A stretch of 63,866 nucleotides of DNA, counting the filler, from Octopus bimaculoides (taxonomy: Eukaryota), in the NCBI RefSeq assembly GCF_001194135.2. It is 8 parts of 8 records of this genome, joined end to end, with 100 filler letters (N's around TTAATTAATTAA, not from the genome) between each part and the next. Parts side by side here need not be neighbours in the genome. Positions count along the whole stretch, not along the records: positions 52,286 to 56,887 come from NC_069006.1; positions 56,988 to 60,012 come from NC_068989.1; positions 60,113 to 61,970 come from NW_026356884.1; positions 62,071 to 63,866 come from NW_026356061.1; 4 more parts are not named here. The stretch is one strand, 5' to 3'. The position numbers and the translations under genes were made by a program. This document shows, piece after piece, positions 52,646 through 63,866 of the stretch (its first letter is position 1; each line of letters begins with the position of its first letter). The notes beneath the pieces were generated by a model that did no database searches, had not been told where the DNA came from, and saw only the letters and a list, made by a program, of their open reading frames with translations.

Positions 52646-54421
52646 ATGTACTGTGTGTGTGTGTGTGTGTGCGGATGATGTAAGTGCTCGCCTTTCCGTG
52701 AATTAAAGTTGCATAGAAAAGCTTAGAGAAGTCGAAGTGAAACGTTAGATGGGGAAGTAAAGGGAGGAGAAAGTTTGGGAGTAGTGGTGAGAGGAGTTAA
52801 ATATGAGTGAATTATCGAACCAGAGAGGGGAGGGGGTCGAAGGGGCGGTAAGAGTAGTTAGATATAAGAGAGTGGGAAAGAAGAGGTACACAACGTGGAA
52901 GTAGCAGATTGGAGGCCATAGTGTGTGCCTGTTTGGTGTTTGTGGACGTGCATACATAAATATATGTATGTGTGTATATTTGGATATGTTTATATATATG
53001 CGTGTGGGTACGTGTCTGTGAATGTGTATGTATGTATGTATATATGTGTGTGCATGTGTGAATGTGTATGTATGTATGTATGTATGTATGAATATATGCA
53101 TAGGTGTGTACGTCTGAATGTGCATGTATGCATGTGTGTATCAGTGAATGTGTGTGTGTGATGTTAGTATTGTGATGATTGGATGGATGATTGGATGGAT
53201 GATTGGATGAGAAGCGGGGGGGGAGGAGGAAGAAGGTAAGAAACGAGCAAATGGCGAATCGGTGACGGGTGGGGNNNNNNNNNNNNNNNNNNNNNNNNNN
53301 NNNNNNNNNNNNNNNNNNNNNNNNNNNNNNNNNNNNNNNNNNNNNNNNNNNNNNNNNNNNNNNNNNNNNNNNNNNNNNNNNNNNNNNNNNNNNNNNNNNN
53401 NNNNNNNNNNNNNNNNNNNNNNNNNNNNNNNNNNNNNNNNNNNNNNNNNNNNNNNNNNNNNNNNNNNNNNNNNNNNNNNNNNNNNNNNNNNNNNNNNNNN
53501 NNNNNNNNNNNNNNNNNNNNNNNNNNNNNNNNNNNNNNNNNNNNNNNNNNNNNNNNNNNNNNNNNNNNNNNNNNNNNNNNNNNNNNNNNNNNNNNNNNNN
53601 NNNNNNNNNNNNNNNNNNNNNNNNNNNNNNNNNNNNNNNNNNNNNNNNNNNNNNNNNNNNNNNNNNNNNNNNNNNNNNNNNNNNNNNNNNNNNNNNNNNN
53701 NNNNNNNNNNNNNNNNNNNNNNNNNNNNNNNNNNNNNNNNNNNNNNNNNNNNNNNNNNNNNNNNNNNNNNNNNNNNNNNNNNNNNNNNNNNNNNNNNNNN
53801 NNNNNNNNNNNNNNNNNNNNNNNNNNNNNNNNNNNNNNNNNNNNNNNNNNNNNNNNNNNNNNNNNNNNNNNNNNNNNNNNNNNNNNNNNNNNNNNNNNNN
53901 NNNNNNNNNNNNNNNNNNNNNNNNNNNNNNNNNNNNNNNNNNNNNNNNNNNNNNNNNNNNNNNNNNNNNNNNNNNNNNNNNNNNNNNNNNNNNNNNNNNN
54001 NNNNNNNNNNNNNNNNNNNNNNNNNNNNNNNNNNNNNNNNNNNNNNNNNNNNNNNNNNNNNNNNNNNNNNNNNNNNNNNNNNNNNNNNNNNNNNNNNNNN
54101 NNNNNNNNNNNNNNNNNNNNNNNNNNNNNNNNNNNNNNNNNNNNNNNNNNNNNNNNNNNNNNNNNNNNNNNNNNNNNNNNNNNNNNNNNNNNNNNNNNNN
54201 NNNNNNNNNNNNNNNNNNNNNNNNNNNNNNNNNNNNNNNNNNNNNNNNNNNNNNNNNNNNNNNATATATATATATATATAGGACAAAACATAGGACAAAA
54301 TGGGATTGTTACTGTTAGTATGCTTTTGATCATAAGACTTCCATGAAACCAACCAGCTTGTGAACCTTTATGTCGCCATTTGATCTGCTAAAAACAACAG
54401 CTATACATCATGGCTGTAAAG

Positions 54422-54860
54422 TAGGCATCGGCGACCTAAACAAGGCAGCGGGTCAGTGGGCTACGTTTAGGCCACTTCGTGGGCCGCACCCCACTCCCAA
54501 CCCGAAAAAATAACAAATACACAAAATCAATGATAATAAATATAAATTAAACCCTTTATTAAGACTTGTAGCAATCGCAATGTGAAACGATTAATGTGAA
54601 GGCTGGTGATTCTTTGAAACAGATACAGAGTCAATGTCCGGCTTTGATGGACAAGGAGGCCAGGAGGAGAACTTCTTGAAGATGAGCATCTGTAAGCTGT
54701 GCTCTCGTCTTGTTCTTCGTCAACTTCATGCAGCTGAACAGCAGCTCGCAAGGGTTTGTGGACCCGAACAATGAAGCTAAGCGCAGGGAGAAGACGGCCG
54801 CTGACTGGCTCTGTAAAATTTTCCGTCGGTTCAAAAAACCCCACCGGGTCGCGGAAAATG
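54422..54860 (-). mobile_element. hAT (Buster/SPIN-like) element 3' end with dimerisation-domain relic
   Basis: LASLFGSTNPCELLFSCMKLTKNKTRAQLTDAHLQEVLLLAS, then frameshifted KPDIDS...HQPSH*; hAT-like terminus TAGGCATCGGCGACC at 54422. Confidence 0.8.
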
Positions 54861-55480
54861 TCTCGCGTATTTAGGGAACTAAGACTTCCTTATCTGACGT
54901 GCCTTCTTCTAAGACGTATGGTGGTATTTGAGGAAAATTTGGCTGCTGTTTCTAACAGATCGAGTTGCTATATAATAAAGACTAAATTGTTGGGCTTAAG
55001 GTTTCTCTGGAGGAAGAGAACAGGGGACAGGTTGTGATCTTTGACGAAGTTTAATGTTCCTTTTCCAGAAATTGGCATCAGTAAAACAAACTGATACGAG
55101 TGGATGCATGTATTCTGTGGATACACGTCAGTTTATGCGTGTGCAATTCAATGTGGCTGTTCGCGCGCACGCGTTTGTGTGTGTGTGTGGAAAAGAGAGA
55201 GTGAGAGGGAGTGTATGTGTGTGAGTAAGCGCCTGTTAAATGTATCCCTGGAAATTGTTCAGTGAATGTGAATACGTGTGTAATTACGCTACGTAGTAAT
55301 AACGTATTTAGCATTTAAATGCGTATTTTGCGTTAGCATGTACGCGTGTATATAGGTGAGTGTGTGTGTATGCGTGCGTGGGGCTAGTATATGTGAGTGT
55401 GTGTGTTGTGTATAGGCGTGTTAATGTGCTCATATATGTAATTGTAAAGACATACCACCTATATACGTGTTCATGCATGA

Positions 55481-55514
<34 letters not shown>

Positions 55515-55685
55515 ATAAAGGACACGATATGACATAAATTGTAAATAAAAGTTCAAAGTTGTCTCCCGTCATCTGCAATTGACGACATTATCGAACTTGT
55601 TATCTCCCTATGGAAATAACTTATGAAATATTGAGATTATTAAAACGAAGTTTATTATGGTAGAAACCATTACTTATACATACAA

Positions 55686-55771
<86 letters not shown>

Positions 55772-56612
55772 NNNNNNNNNNNNNNNNNNNNNNNNNNNNN
55801 NNNNNNNNNNNNNNNNNNNNNNNNNNNNNNNNNNNNNNNNNNNNNNNNNNNNNNNNNNNNNNNNNNNNNNNNNNNNNNNNNNNNNNNNNNNNNNNNNNNN
55901 NNNNNNNNNNNNNNNNNNNNNNNNNNNNNNNNNNNNNNNNNNNNNNNNNNNNNNNNNNNNNNNNNNNNNNNNNNNNNNNNNNNNNNNNNNNNNNNNNNNN
56001 NNNNNNNNNNNNNNNNNNNNNNNNNNNNNNNNNNNNNNNNNNNNNNNNNNNNNNNNNNNNNNNNNNNNNNNNNNNNNNNNNNNNNNNNNNNNNNNNNNNN
56101 NNNNNNNNNNNNNNNNNNNNNNNNNNNNNNNNNNNNNNNNNNNNNNNNNNNNNNNNNNNNNNNNNNNNNNNNNNNNNNNNNNNNNNNNNNNNNNNNNNNN
56201 NNNNNNNNNNNNNNNNNNNNNNNNNNNNNNNNNNNNNNNNNNNNNNNNNNNNNNNNNNNNNNNNNNNNNNNNNNNNNNNNNNNNNNNNNNNNNNNNNNNN
56301 NNNNNNNNNNNNNNNNNNNNNNNNNNNNNTATGCATTAATATATGTTCAAATATATGCATTTACATACATATATATATTTATGTATAGATAGATAGATAC
56401 ATTTCTTTTATTAGCCACACAGGGCTCAACGAAGATGGGACAAATACAATGTAGAGCTTTTCTTTTTGGGAGGGGGGAAGGAAAAAAAAGGGGGGGGTCG
56501 ATCAAAAGGGATCGTAGGAAGGAAAAGGGGGTAGTTCGAGATAGATAGATAGATAGGTAAGTAGGTAGATGTAAATCAATGTTTGTATGAGTATGAAGTA
56601 TATATTCGAATT

Positions 56613-56643
<31 letters not shown>

Positions 56644-56828
56644 ACACATACAGAAGCATTTTTGTGTTTTAACTTCGATATGTCACGTATGTGTCTATGT
56701 GTGTATATGTTATATGTGTGTGTATTTGTGTATGCGTGCGTGCGTGTGAGAAGCAGACAGCAAGTCAAAATGACAAGCAGACAAGGAGTCGCACGTCTTA
56801 TACAGAGAATGTTTGTGTGCTTTTTGAC

Positions 56829-56887
<59 letters not shown>

Positions 56888-56987
56888 NNNNNNNNNNNNN
56901 NNNNNNNNNNNNNNNNNNNNNNNNNNNNNNNTTAATTAATTAANNNNNNNNNNNNNNNNNNNNNNNNNNNNNNNNNNNNNNNNNNNN
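56888..56987. other. Artificial 100-bp scaffold join
   Basis: Motif at 56932-56943. Confidence 0.95.
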
Positions 56988-57119
56988 CCCTCTGTCTAAC
57001 TACCACCACCACCACCACCACCACCTCCACAACTCTTCGCCACATCTCACCAGGCAACGAGTGAACCTGGATGTGGTGGTCCGTCGGCTTGCCAGAAATA
57101 GCAACAAAATCTCCCTCGG

Positions 57120-57334
57120 ATCAAACGAGCTGGCAGAATCGTTAGCAACGCCGGGTAAACTGCTTAAGCGGTAATTAGCATATCTTCACGTTCTGAGTTC
57201 AAATTCTGCCGAGGTCGACTTTGCTTTTCATCTTTTGAAGGTCAAAAAAATAAGTACCAGTTACGCACTGGGGCCAATGCAATCGACTTAATCCCTTCCC
57301 CCAAATTTGAGGCCTTGTGCTCCCTGTAGAAAGG

Positions 57335-57335
<1 letters not shown>
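57120..57335 (+). mobile_element. SINE family A with (TAT)n tail
   Basis: GAGCTGGCAGAATCGTTAGC...GAGTTCAAATTCTGCCGAGG. Confidence 0.8.
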
Positions 57336-57367
<32 letters not shown>

Positions 57368-57369
57368 GA

Positions 57370-57920
57370 ATGAGAGAGCAGGGAATGCCATCAAAGTGAC
57401 ACTGGGGTACAAATATAAAAAGCCCATTATACCCATCATGACGATCCGTCTGATAAGGGTACACCAGGCACTTGCATCACAACCATATGTGTGCAACATG
57501 GTAATTTTATATCGAGATAAACAGCGCATGACCTCGCAGGTGGGGACCAGTTAGAATTTTCTCAGGTCGAGTAGCCCATCCCGCTCAAAAGGTCCCTGAA
57601 TATGGTTTGTTTAAGGATGTTGAGCAAAACACCCATGTTTCCAAAGGTGAATTATTCAAACCCCAAAGAATTCCTCTCAACACATGGCTATGATGCTCCC
57701 CCTCTACTTCTGCTCATGATCAGAGATGCACATATCGTCAGCCACCAAGGGACATGCTCAACCGGTTAAGGTCAAACAACTGACAAGCAAATCTGTGGTA
57801 TTGAGCAGAATATTTGCTGTAGCCCATCTTTTATATCAAGACAAAACAATGTACATGATAACACTTCCAATTAATTAAGATCAGAAGCCATGAGAGCCAC
57901 TGCTTAGTGCTACATCAGGG
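57370..57920. mobile_element. Probable interspersed repeat, unclassified
   Basis: 550-bp non-coding block bracketed by (TAT)n and (TAC)n tracts; single copy in the window, so repeat status is inferred. Confidence 0.35.
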
Positions 57921-57929
57921 CATGATTAT

Positions 57930-57984
<55 letters not shown>

Positions 57985-58334
57985 GCTGCTGCTATTATTA
58001 TTATTATTATTATTATCCTCTTCTTTCAATTCTGTTTCCGTTTTTTGCCGAGTGTCTTCCTGACTCTTAGGGCAGAGAAATACACTATCCATTGGTAGGT
58101 TCAAGTTGTGAGGTGGGAGGCCAGAATCAGTGTACAGAAAACCTGTACCAGGTTAGCTCCAAAGATTGTGGCAGTTGATGATTTGAATTTTAAACTTACT
58201 CAATCGGAGCGGGTAGCAAACAATCTTGCAATTGAGTACCTGCGAGAAACCAACAATGACATCGAGAAAATGATGGCGTATATCGCTGATAACAAACACA
58301 AACGGATGGAGGGCCAACTGGGCGTTTATAACCG

Positions 58335-58655
58335 CACATCTTTTCGATTTCGATCACCAAATCTTTATATTTTCTGAGCTTATCAAAGTCTTTTGCCGAG
58401 ATATTATGGTCACAGGGTATGCTCATGTCAATCAATAAACAGACTTTATTGTTTTGGTCTTTCACAACAATATCTGGTTTATTTGCTTTGATGGTCCGGT
58501 CTGTACATACTGGGAAGTCCCAAAGACTAGTTACATTTTCTCCCTCAGTTACAGCCCCAGGGTGGTGCTTGTACCATTTGTCAGCAGTTTTGATTTTATA
58601 ATGCCGACACATTATCCAATGTAGATATTGGCCAACTCTTGTCCTGTGTCTGAAA
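58335..58655 (-). mobile_element. R4/Dong-like LINE restriction-like endonuclease fragment
   Basis: RVGQYLHWIMCRHY...KWYKHHP...SLWDFPVCTDRTIKANKPDIVVKD...CLLIDMSIPCD...KLRKYKDLVIEIEKM: PD-(D/E)xK RLE pattern. Confidence 0.88.
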
Positions 58656-58889
58656 CATTAAAGATGAAAGCGAAGTAGAAATCTACCAATTGCTACATGG
58701 TTTATCTCGTTAGCGGTCACGTGTTTCTAACTCGGTTTGAGACTCATGGCGTTCGTTCATGTTGCTATTGTTGTTGTTGTTGTTTTCGTCCCAGGTCAAC
58801 AAGCATTATGTTGAGACCAATGATCAAAGGAATCCCTGACATGACCATTCCGCCTTCGGTTTTCTACGCATATCTTTTATCTCTTTCTT

Positions 58890-59237
58890 GCTCCTCATTA
58901 GACTGCGGTCACGCTGGAGCACCACATTGAAGAATCTTTTTTAGTCGAATAAATCGACCCCAGTATTTAATTTTAAAGTACTCGGATCGATTCTATCGAA
59001 CTCTTTTGCCGAACTGTTAAGTTAACAAACCAACACCAGTTGTCAAGCGCACGCACGCACACACACATATATATACGCCGGGCTTCTTTCAGTTTCCGTC
59101 AACCAAATCCACTCACAAGGCCCTGATCGGCCCGAGGTTATAGTAGAAGACTCTCACCCAAGGTGCCACGTAGTAGTACCGAACCCGGAACCATGCAGTT
59201 GGGAGGCAAACCTCTTACCACGCAGCCACGTCTGCGC
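58890..59237 (-). mobile_element. SINE family B, near full length
   Basis: Minus-strand head GCGCAGACGTGGCTGCGTGGTAAG...CCGGGTTCGGTAC...CACCTTGGGTGAGAG plus the family tail. Confidence 0.85.
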
Positions 59238-59829
59238 AGATAGCCTATTGTTAGCGTTTGCCTATTTAAAACAGCAAGGTGTGATTAAGGAGAGAAACTT
59301 GGCTGCTATTTCTAGCGTGTTAAGCAACCAGGACCCGGTAAAGTCGCCCTTGTTTGATTCGCAGCGGTGTTGGTTTACTGATGTGGTGTGAGTGAGAGGG
59401 TCGGTGAGAGGTAGGACATGTATGGGGGGAAGGGGTAGAAGGAGGGGAGAGTAAGGTGATTATGTGGTGTGACTAATTGGTTAGTGAGAAAGTGTAGATG
59501 GATGGGGGTAGGGAAAGAGGGGGGGTGAGAGATGAGCTGTTGTTTATGTTCGGCCTTTGGAACATACCACCCTCATCTCACCCGACTACTCCCCACCCCA
59601 TCCCTAATAACTAGTCATTCTCTCCCCTCCATCTCCTTCCCCCATTCACTTCTCTCTGCTACTCTATCCCCAAATTATACGACGCACACACGCGCACGCA
59701 CATACATGCATACATACATACATGCATACATACATATAGCTACGCACCTCCATACATATATGCACACATATGGATACATCCATTGACACACACACACATA
59801 CACACACATAAATACACACAAACACATTT

Positions 59830-60010
59830 TTTTCCTTTTACTTGTTTCAGTCATTTGACTGCGGCCACGCTGGAGCACCGCCTTAAGTCGAACAAATCGA
59901 CCCCCAGGACTTATTCTTTCTAAGCCAAGTACTTACTCTATCGGTCTCTTCTGCCGAGCCGCTAAGTTACGGGGACGTAAACACACCAGCATCAGCTGTC
60001 AAACACACAA
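59830..60010 (-). mobile_element. SINE family B 3' part
   Basis: Close to family B consensus segments. Confidence 0.85.
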
Positions 60011-60012
60011 AC

Positions 60013-60112
60013 NNNNNNNNNNNNNNNNNNNNNNNNNNNNNNNNNNNNNNNNNNNNTTAATTAATTAANNNNNNNNNNNNNNNNNNNNNNNNNNNNNNNN
60101 NNNNNNNNNNNN
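60013..60112. other. Artificial 100-bp scaffold join
   Basis: Motif at 60057-60068. Confidence 0.95.
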
Positions 60113-60477
60113 TATATACATATATGTATGTATGCATGTATGTATGTATGTATGTATGTATGAACATACATATGTATACATATATATATACATATATATA
60201 TATATCGGTAAAAAAAATTTACACACTAGCCACTGATATCATCATTTTAATGATTATATCCTCAATTTATAAGTATATATAAATATAAATATAAATATAT
60301 TCATATATATATACATATATAAATGTGACGATTGGATTTTTTTAATTTTGGTTTTATATTGCGTATAGCTGCCTACGTTATTTTATGTGTGTGTGTGTAT
60401 ATATATATTTCTATTTATATATTCGTTTGAATATATATACTCATCGAAGTCAGTCTCACTTCTTGCAAAAATTTTAG

Positions 60478-60515
<38 letters not shown>

Positions 60516-61928
60516 AAATTAATTTTCTTAACAGTTAAGCTGGCTGTTAACACACCGATCTCTGCACTTTTAAAAAATATTTAAATTTAAATATTAACTT
60601 AAATTCAATGGTTCTATAAATTGGTATTATAACAAACATATAATTCCTACTTCATTCCATTATCCTTGATCTACACCTCCACAGCTCATCTNNNNNNNNN
60701 NNNNNNNNNNNNNNNNNNNNNNNNNNNNNNNNNNNNNNNNNNNNNNNNNNNNNNNNNNNNNNNNNNNNNNNNNNNNNNNNNNNNNNNNNNNNNNNNNNNN
60801 NNNNNNNNNNNNNNNNNNNNNNNNNNNNNNNNNNNNNNNNNNNNNNNNNNNNNNNNNNNNNNNNNNNNNNNNNNNNNNNNNNNNNNNNNNNNNNNNNNNN
60901 NNNNNNNNNNNNNNNNNNNNNNNNNNNNNNNNNNNNNNNNNNNNNNNNNNNNNNNNNNNNNNNNNNNNNNNNNNNNNNNNNNNNNNNNNNNNNNNNNNNN
61001 NNNNNNNNNNNNNNNNNNNNNNNNNNNNNNNNNNNNNNNNNNNNNNNNNNNNNNNNNNNNNNNNNNNNNNNNNNNNNNNNNNNNNNNNNNNNNNNNNNNN
61101 NNNNNNNNNNNNNNNNNNNNNNNNNNNNNNNNNNNNNNNNNNNNNNNNNNNNNNNNNNNNNNNNNNNNNNNNNNNNNNNNNNNNNNNNNNNNNNNNNNNN
61201 NNNNNNNNNNNNNNNNNNNNNNNNNNNNNNNNNNNNNNNNNNNNNNNNNNNNNNNNNNNNNNNNNNNNNNNNNNNNNNNNNNNNNNNNNNNNNNNNNNNN
61301 NNNNNNNNNNNNNNNNNNNNNNNNNNNNNNNNNNNNNNNNNNNNNNNNNNNNNNNNNNNNNNNNNNNNNNNNNNNNNNNNNNNNNNNNNNNNNNNNNNNN
61401 NNNNNNNNNNNNNNNNNNNNNNNNNNNNNNNNNNNNNNNNNNNNNNNNNNNNNNNNNNNNNNNNNNNNNNATATAAATATAATGTATATATAAAATGCAT
61501 ATACATATATATACATGGAAAAAAACACAAGGTAGAAAATGCTAAAATACTTTTGTAAAAAACATTTCAGTACCGGTTTCGATCCTTGAGATCTTTTCAA
61601 CAGTAAATATGGATAACAAATTTTGGAAAAATTAAATTTTGGCAAATTTAAATGAAAAGTCTTTTCAAAAACATATTTGTATAGTATTCAAATACCAGGG
61701 GCATTTTCCTTCCTTCTGTCTGTCGCTGTTTCTCTTGGTAACTCTTATGGGTTCGAGGTCGTTTTTTATAAAAGTATTTTAGCATTTTCTACCTTGTCGT
61801 TTTTCCATATATCTACTCGTGTGTTCCTCTTCAACCTTTTACATATATATATATACATAAACATATGCGCATACATATATGCATTATATATATATACATT
61901 ATATTCATATAAAAATATAGACGTACGT

Positions 61929-61970
<42 letters not shown>

Positions 61971-62070
61971 NNNNNNNNNNNNNNNNNNNNNNNNNNNNNN
62001 NNNNNNNNNNNNNNTTAATTAATTAANNNNNNNNNNNNNNNNNNNNNNNNNNNNNNNNNNNNNNNNNNNN
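61971..62070. other. Artificial 100-bp scaffold join
   Basis: Motif at 62015-62026. Confidence 0.95.
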
Positions 62071-62126
62071 AACAACAACAACAACAACAACAACACCATC
62101 ATCATCATCATCATCATCATCAACAT

Positions 62127-62340
62127 CAAGGCGGCGAACTGGCAGGATTGCTGCACGCAAGGCGAAATGCTCAGCGGTATTTCGTTTATCGCTACGTTCT
62201 GAATTCAAATTCCGCCGAGGTTGCCTTTCACCCTTTTGCGGGGGTCAATGAATTAAGTACCAGTGAAACACTGGGGGTCGATGTAGCCGACTATCTTCAG
62301 CCCACCAAATTTCATGCCATACACCTCCAGTAGAAAGGAT
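62127..62340 (+). mobile_element. SINE family A
   Basis: AAGGCGGCGAACTGGCAG head with B box GAATTCAAATTCC; ends in a (TAT/CAT)n tract. Confidence 0.8.
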
Positions 62341-62344
62341 TATC

Positions 62345-62376
<32 letters not shown>

Positions 62377-62731
62377 TGTTCAGTAGTTTTATTTTTATAA
62401 CGTGCTTTCACTTCACTACCGAGCGCAGCTCTGTGCGCCTTGGGTATGTGCTGTGGTTTGCTGTGGTGCTCTTATGTTTACTGTATTGAAAGTGTTTTGC
62501 GTAGAATGTGTGCAGTACCCAGTAGTGCAATTTTCTGTATGTTATATATATTTGTAAGTCCTGGTGTTTTTGTTATGTATTTGTCTGAATATTTTTTTAT
62601 TATACCTAAGGCACCTACTATGATAGGAATTGTTTCTGTTTTTAGATTCCACATTCGAGTTATCTCTATTTCCAGGTCTTTGTATTTTGAAAGTTTTTCC
62701 ATTTCTTTTAGAGAAACGTTGTCATCTGCTG
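62377..62731 (-). mobile_element. 3' end of an R4/Dong-like LINE (ORF end, ~100-bp 3' UTR, (TAA)n)
   Basis: Uninterrupted frame ADDNVSLKEMEKLSKYKDLEIEITRMWNLKTETIPIIVGALG...IQKIALLGTAHILRKTLSIQ* (stop at 62478-62480); upstream part lost in the gap. Confidence 0.88.
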
Positions 62732-63338
62732 NNNNNNNNNNNNNNNNNNNNNNNNNNNNNNNNNNNNNNNNNNNNNNNNNNNNNNNNNNNNNNNNNNNNN
62801 NNNNNNNNNNNNNNNNNNNNNNNNNNNNNNNNNNNNNNNNNNNNNNNNNNNNNNNNNNNNNNNNNNNNNNNNNNNNNNNNNNNNNNNNNNNNNNNNNNNN
62901 NNNNNNNNNNNNNNNNNNNNNNNNNNNNNNNNNNNNNNNNNNNNNNNNNNNNNNNNNNNNNNNNNNNNNNNNNNNNNNNNNNNNNNNNNNNNNNNNNNNN
63001 NNNNNNNNNNNNNNNNNNNNNNNNNNNNNNNNNNNNNNNNNNNNNNNNNNNNNNNNNNNNNNNNNNNNNNNNNNNNNNNNNNNNNNNNNNNNNNNNNNNN
63101 NNNNNNNNNNNNNNNNNNNNNNNNNNNNNNNNNNNNNNNNNNNNNNNNNNNNNNNNNNNNNNNNNNNNNNNNNNNNNNNNNNNNNNNNNNNNNNNNNNNN
63201 NNNNNNNNNNNNNNNNNNNNNNNNNNNNNNNNNNNNNNNNNNNNNNNNNNNNNNNNNNNNNNNNNNNNNNNNNNNNNNNNNNNNNNNNNNNNGATGATGA
63301 TGGTGGTGGTGGTGGTGGATGTGGTGGTGGATGCAGGT

Positions 63339-63370
<32 letters not shown>

Positions 63371-63705
63371 TGTAGTTCTTGTCGCTGTTATTATTATTTA
63401 TAAACATATCGTTGTCCTGGTGAACACTAATAAAATGTCTGAAAAATCCGGTTTGCTTTAATGAATTGCGAAAAAACGACTTCGTAATTACATTTATTAA
63501 AACTATCAGAGGCCAATGTTTATTGTAACTCTGATTTCGTTTTCGTCTTCCCTTCGCAATTGTTCTTGATAAGTTAAAGGAAGACGTACACACACACACA
63601 CACACAAAGGACCGCAGTTAATTGGAAAAATTCCCTGAAATTCTACAAATAATTTGTAGTGATTTTGATAGAAAAAAGGGAGATAATTTCAAACGATCTT
63701 AGAAA

Positions 63706-63820
63706 ATGCGCAGGCGTGGCTGTGTGGTAAGGGATATCATTCCCAACTACATGGGTCCGTGTTCAATCCTATAGCGTTTCACCTTGGGCAAGTTTCTTCT
63801 GTTACAGCATCCTACCGAAC
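63706..63820 (+). mobile_element. SINE family B head
   Basis: GCGCAGGCGTGGCTGTGTGGTAAG...GTGTTCAATCC...CACCTTGGGCAAGTTTCTTCT. Confidence 0.75.
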
Positions 63821-63866
63821 AGAGTTTTCTCCGCGAATATGTTAGAAAGAAACTGAGAGAAGCTCA

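Overview
AT-rich, gap-ridden eukaryotic DNA dominated by microsatellites and interspersed repeats. The SINE content and TTAGGG-type repeats best fit an octopus/cephalopod draft assembly (inference from remembered repeat motifs; no search was run). Most long ORFs in the supplied track are N-run or microsatellite artefacts. The only convincing host coding sequence is exon 1 of FNTA (farnesyl/geranylgeranyltransferase type I alpha subunit, 20945-21086, +); I found no downstream exon in the sequenced part. Seven identical 100-bp spacers (44 N + TTAATTAATTAA + 44 N) are artificial joins, so the window is at least 8 stitched pieces. Repeats: several tRNA-derived SINE families with swapped modules, an internally deleted mariner with both TIRs, hAT and Tc1/maT relics, an RTE endonuclease relic, and several R4/Dong-like (RLE) LINE fragments. 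Most interesting: four degenerate minimal hammerhead-ribozyme-like folds, three of them in short Penelope-terminus-like repeats with no RT nearby. Also notable: two ~260-bp near-perfect palindromes, an inverted repeat just upstream of FNTA, and an interstitial telomeric array. All family names come from motif recognition by eye, and most repeat boundaries are approximate.
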